This document shows positions 9,599 to 18,779 of a stretch of DNA of 64,000 nucleotides, one piece after another. The notes under the pieces were generated by a model. It ran no database searches, was not told the origin of the DNA, and saw only the letters and a list, made by a program, of their open reading frames with translations. The first letter of the stretch is position 1. Each line of letters starts with the position of its first letter. The stretch is from an uncultured Chloroflexia bacterium (lineage in GTDB: Bacteria > Chloroflexota > Anaerolineae > CG2-30-64-16). The stretch is from the NCBI GenBank assembly GCA_963774265.1, contig CAVZDU010000002.1, positions 32,001 through 96,000 of the forward strand. Reading direction: 5' to 3'. The translations under genes and the position numbers were made by a program.

Positions 9599-11821
9599 TC
9601 AATCCTGGGATGCGATGGCGAGGCCGACTCGGCCCCGCTCACGGTCGATACTAATCACTACTACGTCGATCACATCGCCCACGCTGACCACGTCTTGGGG
9701 ATTGCGAACGAACCTCTTTCCCATTTTGCTTACGTGGATCAAGCCGTCTTGTTTGACGCCGATGTCTACGAAAGCGCCGAAATCGACGACGTTGCGGACA
9801 GTGCCCTTGAGAATCATGCCCTCGCGGAGGTCATCAATGCTCAAGATGTCGCGACGCAGGACCACTGCCGGCAGATCATCGCGCGGGTCACGCCCTGGAC
9901 GGAGGAGCGCATCGATGATGTCGCGAAGGGTTGGCTCGCCGATCGATAACAGCGCCGCGATGTCGCCCCACTTGCCGCCCTCCCCTTCCAATGGCAGTCC
10001 TTCCGCTGCAAGCCAGCGGAGTAGCGAATTAGGCAGATCCTTCATCCGTAAGTTCAGCCCCGCCAGTTCCAGCAGGGCCTTGGCTGCACCGTACGACTCG
10101 GGGTGGATGGTCGTGTTGTCCAACGCGTTCCGGCTGCCCGGCACGCGTAGAAAGCCGGCTGCCTGTTCGAACGCTTTAGGACCCAGTCCCTTGACCTTCT
10201 TCAAGTCGCCGCGGGACTCGAAGGGTCCATTCTCATCGCGGTGGGCGACTATGGCGCCTGCGACCCTCTTGCTGATACCCGAAATGTAACCCAGAAGGTG
10301 TGCGGACGCTGTATTTACGTCCACGCCTACGTGGTTTACCACAGACTCTACAACGGCATCCAGCGCTGCGCTTAATTTACCTTGATCCACATCGTGTTGG
10401 TAGAGTCCGACGCCGATACTCTTTGGGTCGATCTTGACCAGTTCGGCCAGGGGATCCTGGAGACGGCGGGCGATGGAGATTGCGCCACGCATTGAGACGT
10501 CCAGATCGGGAAACTCGGCGCGGGCAAGGTCGGACGCAGAATAGACGGAGGCCCCAGCTTCACTGACCATGACGTATGCCACACCGGTCGAACTTGATTT
10601 CTGCGTGTGCGCGTGATCTTTCCCGCTCTGGATCAGATTCACCACCAGGGCTTCCGTCTCCCGACTTGCAGTGCCGTTACCGATGGCAACGACGGTCACG
10701 CCGTCAGCCTCCAGTAGCCCCTCGAGAGTACGTTTCGTCTTGTCTGAGTCATTCTGCGGCGGATGTGGGTAGACAGTGGCGGTATGAAGCAACTTGCCCG
10801 TGGGGCCAACCGTCGCGATCTTGCAGCCGGTGCGAAAGCCGGGATCAATGCCCATAACCGTGCGTTCACGAAGCGGGGGTTGAAGGAGCAGGTTGCGCAG
10901 ATTGGCGGCAAAGACCTGGATTGCGTGATCATCTGCGTACTCCCCCAGTTGGCTGCTGATCTCGCGCTCGATCGACGGTCGCAGCAGGCGGTCGAAACCG
11001 TCTTCAATAGCCAGGCGCACCTGCTCTGTTGCCTTGCTCGACGGCGTGCGCGTCCACCTCCGGACGATCTGGGCGGTGATGTCCGAGTTGGGCGTTTCAA
11101 GCTCGATCTTCAGGCCACCGTCCGTTGCACCGCGAGAAATGGCGAGCCACTGGTGTGGCTGAATGGAGCGCAATGCACAGCGAAAATCGTAGTAAATACG
11201 GTAGCGGCCGGCCTTATCTGCCGTGTCGCTCGCGCGGCGACTTACTACGAAACCATCTGCGGCAAATCGCTGGCGAGTCAGCAGACGCGTATTAGGGTCG
11301 TCGTTCACCTGCTCGGCAATGATGTCCCGAGCACCTGCGAGTGCGGACTGCTCATCAGCGATGTGCTCATTGAGAAACCCCCGCGCAAGTGCCGGCGGAT
11401 CCGCATCGGCCTCCTGCGCCAGCAGTGCCTGTGCGAGAGGTTCCAGGCCGTGTTCGCGTGCCGCAGCAGCGCGTGTCTGCCGCTTTGGCTTGTAGGGCCG
11501 GTAGAGGTCCTCCAGGACTTGATGTGTTGCTGCCGCGTCCAGCGAGGCCGAGAGCTCGTCGGTAAGCTTGCCCTGCGAGGCTATCTCCTCTTTCACTGCC
11601 TCGCGGCGATCAACCAACTTGCGCAAGTACTCGAGCCGGGACTGCACCTGGCGTAACTGCACCTCGTCCAGGTTGCCAGTGGCCTCCTTGCGATAGCGTG
11701 CGACGAAAGGGATGGTGTTGCCAGCATCGAACAGGGCGATCGTGGCGCCGACGGAGTGGGCGGGGAGGGTTAGTTCCCCCGCGATGATCTCAGGGATGGT
11801 CAGCAAGATCGGGTTCCTCAC
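9599..11821 (-). CDS. tex: Tex family RNA-binding transcriptional accessory protein
   Basis: TIPFVARYRKEATG, GIDPGFRTGCK, IGNGTASRET and ARRLQDPLAELVKIDPKSIGVG motifs; C-terminal S1 domain. Confidence 0.95.
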   Translation of the reverse strand: MRNPILLTIPEIIAGELTLPAHSVGATIALFDAGNTIPFVARYRKEATGNLDEVQLRQVQSRLEYLRKLVDRREAVKEEIASQGKLTDELSASLDAAATHQVLEDLYRPYKPKRQTRAAAAREHGLEPLAQALLAQEADADPPALARGFLNEHIADEQSALAGARDIIAEQVNDDPNTRLLTRQRFAADGFVVSRRASDTADKAGRYRIYYDFRCALRSIQPHQWLAISRGATDGGLKIELETPNSDITAQIVRRWTRTPSSKATEQVRLAIEDGFDRLLRPSIEREISSQLGEYADDHAIQVFAANLRNLLLQPPLRERTVMGIDPGFRTGCKIATVGPTGKLLHTATVYPHPPQNDSDKTKRTLEGLLEADGVTVVAIGNGTASRETEALVVNLIQSGKDHAHTQKSSSTGVAYVMVSEAGASVYSASDLARAEFPDLDVSMRGAISIARRLQDPLAELVKIDPKSIGVGLYQHDVDQGKLSAALDAVVESVVNHVGVDVNTASAHLLGYISGISKRVAGAIVAHRDENGPFESRGDLKKVKGLGPKAFEQAAGFLRVPGSRNALDNTTIHPESYGAAKALLELAGLNLRMKDLPNSLLRWLAAEGLPLEGEGGKWGDIAALLSIGEPTLRDIIDALLRPGRDPRDDLPAVVLRRDILSIDDLREGMILKGTVRNVVDFGAFVDIGVKQDGLIHVSKMGKRFVRNPQDVVSVGDVIDVVVISIDRERGRVGLAIASQD

Positions 11822-14442
11822 TCACCCTTCTTGGCCCGCTGCTGCAACTCGTACAGCTTGTTCAGCGCAGCAAGCGGATTCAGGGTGTTCACGTCAAGCG
11901 ATTTCAACTCGGCGATGATCGGGTCTTCTGCGGAAAAGAGCGGCAATTGAAAGAGCATCGGTTGGCCCAAGACGGATCGGCGCGGACCGGCTGCTCCAGA
12001 AGCCTCGAGATCGGCCAGGATTTCCTGAGCTCTGGAGACGACCGGTCGCGGCAGCCCGGCAAGTTGGGCTACGTGGACGCCATAAGACCGATCCGCAGAG
12101 CCGGGGACAATCTTATGTAAAAAGACGACAGAGTCGCCCTGCTCGGCGACCGCGACATTGAAGTTCACAACATGAGGCAGCCGTTCGGCCAGGTCAGTGA
12201 GCTCATGGTAGTGCGTGGCAAAGAGGGTTTTTGCTCGCAGGCCGGGGTGGTTGTGGATGTACTCGATAACCGCCCACGCGATGGCCAGACCATCATATGT
12301 ACTGGTGCCACGACCAATTTCGTCCAAGATCAACAGGGATCGATGGGTCGCATGATGAAGGATGTTTGCCGTTTCGATCATCTCGACCATGAAGGTGGAC
12401 TGGCCGCGCGCGATCTCATCCGACGCACCAATTCGCGTGAAGATCCGATCGACCAGGCCGATGCGCGCCGAATCAGCAGGGACAAATGAACCGATCTGGG
12501 CCATGAGAACGATGGTTGCGACCTGCCGGATCCAGGTGGACTTGCCTGCCATATTCGGTCCAGTGAGAACCACAATGGCCTGGTCTGACGAGAGATAGGC
12601 GTCATTGGGCGTAAACGGCGCACCATCATGAAGTAATCGCTCGACCACCGGGTGGCGGCCGCCGCGGATGTCGATCACGCCATCTTCCGTCAACACTGGG
12701 CGCGCGTAACGGTTAACCTCCGCGATCTCAGCCAGGGTCGAAAACACATCCAGCTCGCTCACTCCAGCAGCGGTCGCCAGGAGGCGTGGGGCCGCTGCCG
12801 CCACCTGTGCCAACACATCCCGATAGATTTGACCTTCCAACTCAAGGATGCGTTCCTCCGCATTCAGGACGAGCGACTCATACTCCTTGAGTTCAGGCGT
12901 GATATAGCGTTCCACGTTGACGAGGGTCTGCTTACGGATGTAATCCTGAGGTGCAAGGGCTGCATTTGCCTGGGTGATCTCGATATAGTAGCCAAAAACC
13001 CGGTTGTAACCCACCTTTAGCGACTTGATACCTGTGCGTTGGCGTTCCACGGTCTCCAGATTCGCAATCCACGCCTTCGCGTCGCGGGTCGCCAAATGGA
13101 TGCCGTCGAGCTCGGCGGCAAACCCGGGTCGGATAATCCCGGCCGTCACACGGGTAGACGGCGGCTCGTCCGTGATCGCTTTCCACAGGAGCTGCGCCAG
13201 GTCGGGGCAGGCATCGAGCGTGTCCGGACGGCCCAATTGGGAAGCGAGCGCAGCCAGCTTCTCGACGCGGCCGAGGGCTTCACGTATGCCGATCAAATCA
13301 CGAGGTTGCGCGCTGCCCTGCACACAGCGATTTGTCCAGCGTTCTAAATCACCGAGTCCACGCAGAGTCTCGCGCAATTCGGCGCGAAGCAGAGCGTCGC
13401 GCTGCCAGGCTGCTATGGCATCCAGCCGGAACTCCAGCGCACGACTATTCAGCAGAGGCTGCCCCAGCCAGCGTCGGAGGAGCCGTCCCCCCATCGGCGT
13501 CAGCGTGGCATCGAGCACGCCTAACAGCGAACCATGTGCGGACCCGCCGCGAATGCTCTCAGTCAACTCCAGGTTGCGCCGCGTGGTCTCATCCAAGGTC
13601 ATGAATTCGCCAACGCTATAAGTATGCAAGCCAACCAGTTGCGGTAGGCCCTCTTTCTGGGTCTCCTGCAAATACTGCAGGAGCGCTCCCGCAGCGACGA
13701 CAGCCAGCGGCTTGTCTTCGCACCCGTATCCTTCCAACGACGCGGCGCCGAAGTGTTCCAGAAGCGCCGATCGCGCGGTGCTCTCTTCAAAACGCCAGGA
13801 TGCGTAGGGAGTCACCTGGTAGCCCTGTAGGATTGACCGCAGGGGATCGGCGGCGGTGGTGCTACCGGCATCGCTAGCTTCTCGGCGTGTCCAGCGCGGG
13901 TCTTTGGCGGCATACAGCACCTCAGCGGGAGCTAGTCGGCTCAATTCCTCCCCCACTCGCCGCAAAACATCGCTGCCGTCAGTCAGTTCGGTTACAGCGA
14001 ACTCGCCAGTGCTGATGTCAGCAAAAGCCAATCCAGCCGCCAGTGGACCGAGCGCTAACGCAGCGACGTAGTTATTGCGCTTTTCAGATAGCAGTTCTGG
14101 TTCGATAAGCGTGCCTGCTGAAATGACGCGACGTACAAAGCGGGGAACCAGCTTCTCCCCTTTTGGAGGTTCGTTGCCGATTTGCTCTGCAATGGCTACA
14201 CGATATCCCGCCCCAATTAGCCTCGCGATGTAGCCATCAATGGCATGATAGGGCACCCCTGCGAGAGGCACGCGTTCGTCGCCGCCAACGGGTCGGGATG
14301 TCAGCACGACATCACAGACACTCGACACGATCTTGGCGTCGTCATCGAATGTCTCGTAGAAGTCGCCGAGCCGGAAGAGAAGAATGATATCAGGATATTG
14401 TTTCTTCAGCGCCAGGTACTGGCCGCGCATGGGTGTGGTCAT
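11818..14442 (-). CDS. mutS: DNA mismatch repair protein MutS
   Basis: TPMRGQY, FRLGDFYE, Walker A GPNMAGKST, STFMVEM, DEIGRGTST and FATHYHEL motifs. Confidence 0.98.
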   Translation of the reverse strand: MTTPMRGQYLALKKQYPDIILLFRLGDFYETFDDDAKIVSSVCDVVLTSRPVGGDERVPLAGVPYHAIDGYIARLIGAGYRVAIAEQIGNEPPKGEKLVPRFVRRVISAGTLIEPELLSEKRNNYVAALALGPLAAGLAFADISTGEFAVTELTDGSDVLRRVGEELSRLAPAEVLYAAKDPRWTRREASDAGSTTAADPLRSILQGYQVTPYASWRFEESTARSALLEHFGAASLEGYGCEDKPLAVVAAGALLQYLQETQKEGLPQLVGLHTYSVGEFMTLDETTRRNLELTESIRGGSAHGSLLGVLDATLTPMGGRLLRRWLGQPLLNSRALEFRLDAIAAWQRDALLRAELRETLRGLGDLERWTNRCVQGSAQPRDLIGIREALGRVEKLAALASQLGRPDTLDACPDLAQLLWKAITDEPPSTRVTAGIIRPGFAAELDGIHLATRDAKAWIANLETVERQRTGIKSLKVGYNRVFGYYIEITQANAALAPQDYIRKQTLVNVERYITPELKEYESLVLNAEERILELEGQIYRDVLAQVAAAAPRLLATAAGVSELDVFSTLAEIAEVNRYARPVLTEDGVIDIRGGRHPVVERLLHDGAPFTPNDAYLSSDQAIVVLTGPNMAGKSTWIRQVATIVLMAQIGSFVPADSARIGLVDRIFTRIGASDEIARGQSTFMVEMIETANILHHATHRSLLILDEIGRGTSTYDGLAIAWAVIEYIHNHPGLRAKTLFATHYHELTDLAERLPHVVNFNVAVAEQGDSVVFLHKIVPGSADRSYGVHVAQLAGLPRPVVSRAQEILADLEASGAAGPRRSVLGQPMLFQLPLFSAEDPIIAELKSLDVNTLNPLAALNKLYELQQRAKKGE

Positions 14443-14513
14443 GGGATAGGATTATATATGAGGTTGAGGCCGGCCGCGAAAAGGAACGGACCGATGCCAT
14501 CCCCAGTGCCCGC

Positions 14514-15791
14514 CTAAAGTAGCCATTCAACGAGTCGATCCCAGCCCGTCCGTTGAGCGAACAGCAGTGAACGATAAGCCTTCATCGCTTCTTCTCGTCG
14601 CGTCGGGGTCAGCATGCGAGGGAGAAAGACCGACAAACCAGTCGCGCGCTCGTAGGAAGGCAAATAGCCAACACGCAAAACGGGACCATCTGGACCGCGG
14701 CTTTCAACATGGTCACGCAGCGCTTCTGCAATGGCCTTGACGCGCTTGGCGTTGCGATGGATATTCCAGGTCGACTCAATGGCCAGCGCTGCAGCAAACG
14801 AGCCCAGATCACGGTAGTTGCGATCCTGAAAAACAAGGGCCTGGTCCGCCGCTCGCTGGGCCATGTTGCGCAACAAAGGGGCAGGATCCATGAGAAGGGC
14901 GTCAACCAGCTCCCTGGCCAGCGCTTCGGTAAACTCGGTCCGAGCTGTCACAATGGCGGACTGGGTAACCGTGTCAGCAGACCGCGTCCTGCCACCATAG
15001 CTCCTGGCATACTCATCTACAATGAGTTCAGCCAGTGTTTCGCCGCCCACCTTGGGTTGTGCATTGATGGCCTTAAGGATGGCAGCGTATGGCCAGCCGT
15101 CCATGGGCTCAACTTCCTGCGAGGCGACGAAATAGTCGCTGAAAGGCGCCAACTCGCGCGCCCCCTCGATCATGGCCATCAGGCAAGCATCCATGCCGAT
15201 CAGATCAAGCCGGCGGCCGGTCGCGTCGCCGGCATCAGACAATGCCCAGCGCATATCCTGCGTATCCAAGAAGTCCTTGCTCGAATCATCAAAAGCGATT
15301 GGGCGGGTCTTTTCGCCGCCCGCTATGCGTCGAGGCGTGGAGCGAAAAATCGGTTGATGCGTGGGGCCTGTTGACGCGGATCGGACGCCGGCATATATGT
15401 CAACATCCAGCCAGCCCAGACCATGGTTCCAGAAGATCAGGGCATAGTGATCGGCCGGATAGTCTCTGACAGAACGAATGATGAAGTTGCGCAGGTTCTG
15501 GGGGTCGCCCATGTTGACCTCCCCCATTGGCTGGACGATGCTGTTCGACATGCCGTTGCCCTTACGCACCTCGACGAGGTAGGAACTTTGCAGCGTGTCG
15601 AACAGGCATGTCACCGCGCACGCGTCCGTTGTGCCGACCTGACCCATCTTCCAGAGGTCCTTATATCCGGCTGAGGTCATTTCGGCCATTAGGCGCACCG
15701 GACCGGCGCTTGTGTTGAAAACCTTGCCGTTATCGCCGGCCATGTAGACCATGATCGTCCATGGACGTTGTTTGGGGGTGACTGAATTCAT
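14514..15791 (-). CDS. Clostripain-related (C11) cysteine peptidase
   Basis: WTIMVYMAGDN, EVNMGDP, WNHG (catalytic His), MDACLM (catalytic Cys) and ASQEVEP..GWPY motifs. Confidence 0.88.
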   Translation of the reverse strand: MNSVTPKQRPWTIMVYMAGDNGKVFNTSAGPVRLMAEMTSAGYKDLWKMGQVGTTDACAVTCLFDTLQSSYLVEVRKGNGMSNSIVQPMGEVNMGDPQNLRNFIIRSVRDYPADHYALIFWNHGLGWLDVDIYAGVRSASTGPTHQPIFRSTPRRIAGGEKTRPIAFDDSSKDFLDTQDMRWALSDAGDATGRRLDLIGMDACLMAMIEGARELAPFSDYFVASQEVEPMDGWPYAAILKAINAQPKVGGETLAELIVDEYARSYGGRTRSADTVTQSAIVTARTEFTEALARELVDALLMDPAPLLRNMAQRAADQALVFQDRNYRDLGSFAAALAIESTWNIHRNAKRVKAIAEALRDHVESRGPDGPVLRVGYLPSYERATGLSVFLPRMLTPTRREEAMKAYRSLLFAQRTGWDRLVEWLL

Positions 15792-15823
15792 GCGCTCCTC
15801 CGTCAGCCTGTTAAGCTGCAGGT

Positions 15824-15853
15824 ATTGTAGCGCACAGCGGGGCTAAAAGTCAA
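15824..15853 (-). promoter_or_regulatory. Putative sigma70 promoter of the C11 peptidase gene
   Basis: Minus strand reads TTGACT, 18 bp spacer, TACAAT. Confidence 0.5.
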
Positions 15854-15917
15854 TAGCATTTATTAGTGAAGCTAGACCGGCAGCCTGTGTCATTGGAGGC
15901 CTGCCGGCCTAATTCCA

Positions 15918-17765
15918 CTATTCCACTGTCACACTCTTCGCAAGATTGCGGGGCTGATCGACGTCGGCGCCCCGGCGCACCGCTATGTAGTAAGCCAGCA
16001 GCTGCAACGGAATCACAGTAAGCACCGGAGTGAGCATCTCAGAAGTGCGCGGAATTGTGATGACGTGCTGCGCCTTGCTCGCGATAAAGTCATCGCCCTC
16101 ACTGGCGATTGCGATGACGATGCCGCCGCGAGCACGCACCTGCTCCACCTGGCTAATCATTTTGTCATACACCCGGCCCTGCGGCGCGACCACAACCACC
16201 GGCATGTGCTCATCGATGAGCGCGATGGGGCCATGCTTCATCTCACCGGCCGGGTAACCCTCCGCATGGATGTAGCTTATCTCCTTCAGTTTCAACGCAC
16301 CTTCAAGCGCGATTGGAAAGTTGAGGCCACGGCCCAGATACAAGAAGTTGGTGTAGTGGAAGAATGTCTGCGCTAGCTTCTCGTACTGCGCGACGTTTGT
16401 TCCGTCAAGAATCTGCCCAACAAGGTTCGGCAGCTGCGCGAGATCATCCAGGAGAGCCCGTCGTTGATCGCGGTTCAATGTCCCCCGCAGCGTGCCGAGT
16501 TGCACCGCAAACAGGTATTGATCGACAAGCGAGGCGGTGAACGCCTTGGTTGATGCCACGCCAATCTCCGGGCCAGTGTGCATGTAAATAACGCTGTCGC
16601 TGACCCGCGCTGCCTGGCTGCCGATTACGTTGACGATGGAAGCCAAGTGTGCGCCGTGAGACTTGCCCTCCTCCATCGCTGCCAACGTATCGACGGTCTC
16701 GCCTGATTGCGTGACCGCGAGCATAAGTGAGCGCTTGTCGAGCACCGGATCACGATAGCGAAACTCCGAAGCGTACTCCACGCGCACGGGCACCCGCGCC
16801 AGTTGCTCGAACATGAACGCGCCCACGAGCTCAGAATGGTAAGAAGTGCCGCACGCGACGGACACAAGCTGCGTTATGTCACGTGCTTCTTCTTCGGTCA
16901 GCACCATCTGCTCAAGGTAGACCTCCCCCTGCGCCAGGTCCACCCGGCCACGAATGGTGTCTGTGAGGGAGTTGGCCTGCTCGAAAATCTCCTTCTGCAT
17001 GAAATGCTTGTAGTTGCCCTTGGCCGCCGACATCGGATCCCACGAGACTGTATGCACCGTCGGCTGAATAGGCTTGCCATCCAGCGTAGAGAAGGTCGCG
17101 CCCTCTCTCGTGACCACGGCCATTTGGCGGCTCTCCAAAAAGACCATGCGCCGTGTGTGGTCCAGGATAGCGGGCATGTCAGATGCGATGAACATTTCTC
17201 CTTCGCCGTAGCCGATGGCAACGCCGCCAGCGGCGCCAAGCCGCGCGGCAATCAACATGTCCGGCTCATGTCTGGAAAGCGCGACAATTGCGCTAGGTCC
17301 CCGTAGCTGCGCCAAGGCCTGGCGAACCGCGGCTTCCAGAGTACAATCATCCTGGTAGTAGAGGCCGATAAGGTGAGCGATGACTTCCGTGTCGGTCTCC
17401 GAACGAAATTTAATACCCTCGGCCTCCAACTCGGCGCGTAATTCGCGGAAGTTCTCGACGATGCCGTTTTGGACCACAACCAGGCGCCCAGAATAGTCGG
17501 CATGTGGGTGAGCATTTCGCTCGCTCGGTTTGCCGTGGGTAGCCCACCGCGTATGCCCAACGCCGATACTGCCGCTCAGAGGATTCTGGTCGAGGCTTTT
17601 CGCCAGATTGCTGAGCTTGCCGACGTCTCGGCGAACGATTATTTCGCCATCGCTGATAGTAGCTATTCCGGCCGAGTCATATCCACGATATTCCAGCCGT
17701 CGCAAGCCTTCGAGTATGATCTCGGCAGCATTGCGCGGACCGATATAACCGACGATCCCACACAT
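15918..17765 (-). CDS. glmS: Glutamine-fructose-6-phosphate transaminase (isomerizing)
   Basis: MCGIVG N-terminus; LEYRGYDSAG, GHTRWATHG and SGETVDT motifs; C-terminal PRNLAKSVTVE. Confidence 0.99.
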   Translation of the reverse strand: MCGIVGYIGPRNAAEIILEGLRRLEYRGYDSAGIATISDGEIIVRRDVGKLSNLAKSLDQNPLSGSIGVGHTRWATHGKPSERNAHPHADYSGRLVVVQNGIVENFRELRAELEAEGIKFRSETDTEVIAHLIGLYYQDDCTLEAAVRQALAQLRGPSAIVALSRHEPDMLIAARLGAAGGVAIGYGEGEMFIASDMPAILDHTRRMVFLESRQMAVVTREGATFSTLDGKPIQPTVHTVSWDPMSAAKGNYKHFMQKEIFEQANSLTDTIRGRVDLAQGEVYLEQMVLTEEEARDITQLVSVACGTSYHSELVGAFMFEQLARVPVRVEYASEFRYRDPVLDKRSLMLAVTQSGETVDTLAAMEEGKSHGAHLASIVNVIGSQAARVSDSVIYMHTGPEIGVASTKAFTASLVDQYLFAVQLGTLRGTLNRDQRRALLDDLAQLPNLVGQILDGTNVAQYEKLAQTFFHYTNFLYLGRGLNFPIALEGALKLKEISYIHAEGYPAGEMKHGPIALIDEHMPVVVVAPQGRVYDKMISQVEQVRARGGIVIAIASEGDDFIASKAQHVITIPRTSEMLTPVLTVIPLQLLAYYIAVRRGADVDQPRNLAKSVTVE

Positions 17766-17774
17766 GGGTGTTCC

Positions 17775-17975
17775 CTCCGATTTACTATTTCAACCGGTAT
17801 TTGAGTACGGAGAGGAGAGAACGAAGGGCGCAGGTGGTTGGGGCCGTGCAAACCTGGAGGCATCCGCCGATCTGATCGATTTTCCCCTGCAAATGCACAG
17901 GGTTAGCGCCCACCTCGCGGTGGGGAACCTCCGCCTCGTCAACGCGCACAAGTGTGCTCGTCCGGGCGCTGTGTC
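17775..17975 (-). ncRNA. glmS (glucosamine-6-phosphate-activated) ribozyme in the glmS 5' UTR
   Basis: Minus strand reads A^GCGCCCGGAC...GTTGACGAGGCGGAGG...ATCGATCAGATCGGCGGATGCCTCC, matching the catalytic core consensus. Predicted cleavage between 17970 and 17969. The 3' boundary is approximate. Confidence 0.9.
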
Positions 17976-18019
17976 TCTCCCGTTCTTAGCGCGTTTGGGT
18001 CAGGCGCCTCCTTTCGTCC

Positions 18020-18775
18020 CTAGAAGAACTCCAGCCAGCGGTCCGCAGTGCTGTTCATGTCGGCGTATGCGCCCCGCATTTCCGCCGGCAGACACTGAGC
18101 GAGTTGAGTCATGGCCTCATCGGTCATTTCGCGCAGCGTTTCTCGGCCCGACCGACCATCGGGGAAGACGACCAGGCCATCCTCTCCACGAGGCCAGCGG
18201 TAGCGAAACGGACGGCCATAGGTGATGACCGCCGTAGGCCGATTGACGAGTGGGATATGCCATCGGAAAGAAGGGGTACCGGTAACCGCGGCAGGAATCA
18301 ACCAGCAATCAGGAGCCTGGCGTGCCACAAACGCGAGGCCTTCTTTAGCGGTGAGCAGGCGTCCGTCCAGGCTGCGGGTGCCTTCAGGCGAAATGACCGA
18401 AATATCGCCCTCCCGCAATATCTCCCAGGTTGCCTTGAGCGCCGCTCGATCCACAGTCCCGCGCGTGATGAAGATGACGTGGTAGCCTTTGAGAAGCCAC
18501 CCAACCACTGGCCATCGACTTGCTTCGATCTTAGTGAGTGGGACGGCGTAACGGTGAAGCTGCCCACAAATGATGACCGGATCAAGCCAGTGGATATGGT
18601 TGTAGTAGATAATGCCCGCGCCCACTTTGGGCACGCGCGACTCTCCCCGCACTTCTACTCTGATAAACAGCCAAATCAGGAAACGCAGGATCGCGCCGAA
18701 AAAGCGGCGTCCCAGGGGGATTGAACGTCTCCGACCTGAGGCCGTTTCTTCGCTGGTTGCTGAAGCGGCTCCCAT
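18020..18775 (-). CDS. plsC: 1-acyl-sn-glycerol-3-phosphate acyltransferase (PlsC family)
   Basis: NHIHWLD (HX4D), FITRG and PEGTRS motifs. Confidence 0.88.
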   Translation of the reverse strand: MGAASATSEETASGRRRSIPLGRRFFGAILRFLIWLFIRVEVRGESRVPKVGAGIIYYNHIHWLDPVIICGQLHRYAVPLTKIEASRWPVVGWLLKGYHVIFITRGTVDRAALKATWEILREGDISVISPEGTRSLDGRLLTAKEGLAFVARQAPDCWLIPAAVTGTPSFRWHIPLVNRPTAVITYGRPFRYRWPRGEDGLVVFPDGRSGRETLREMTDEAMTQLAQCLPAEMRGAYADMNSTADRWLEFF

Positions 18776-18779
18776 CTTG

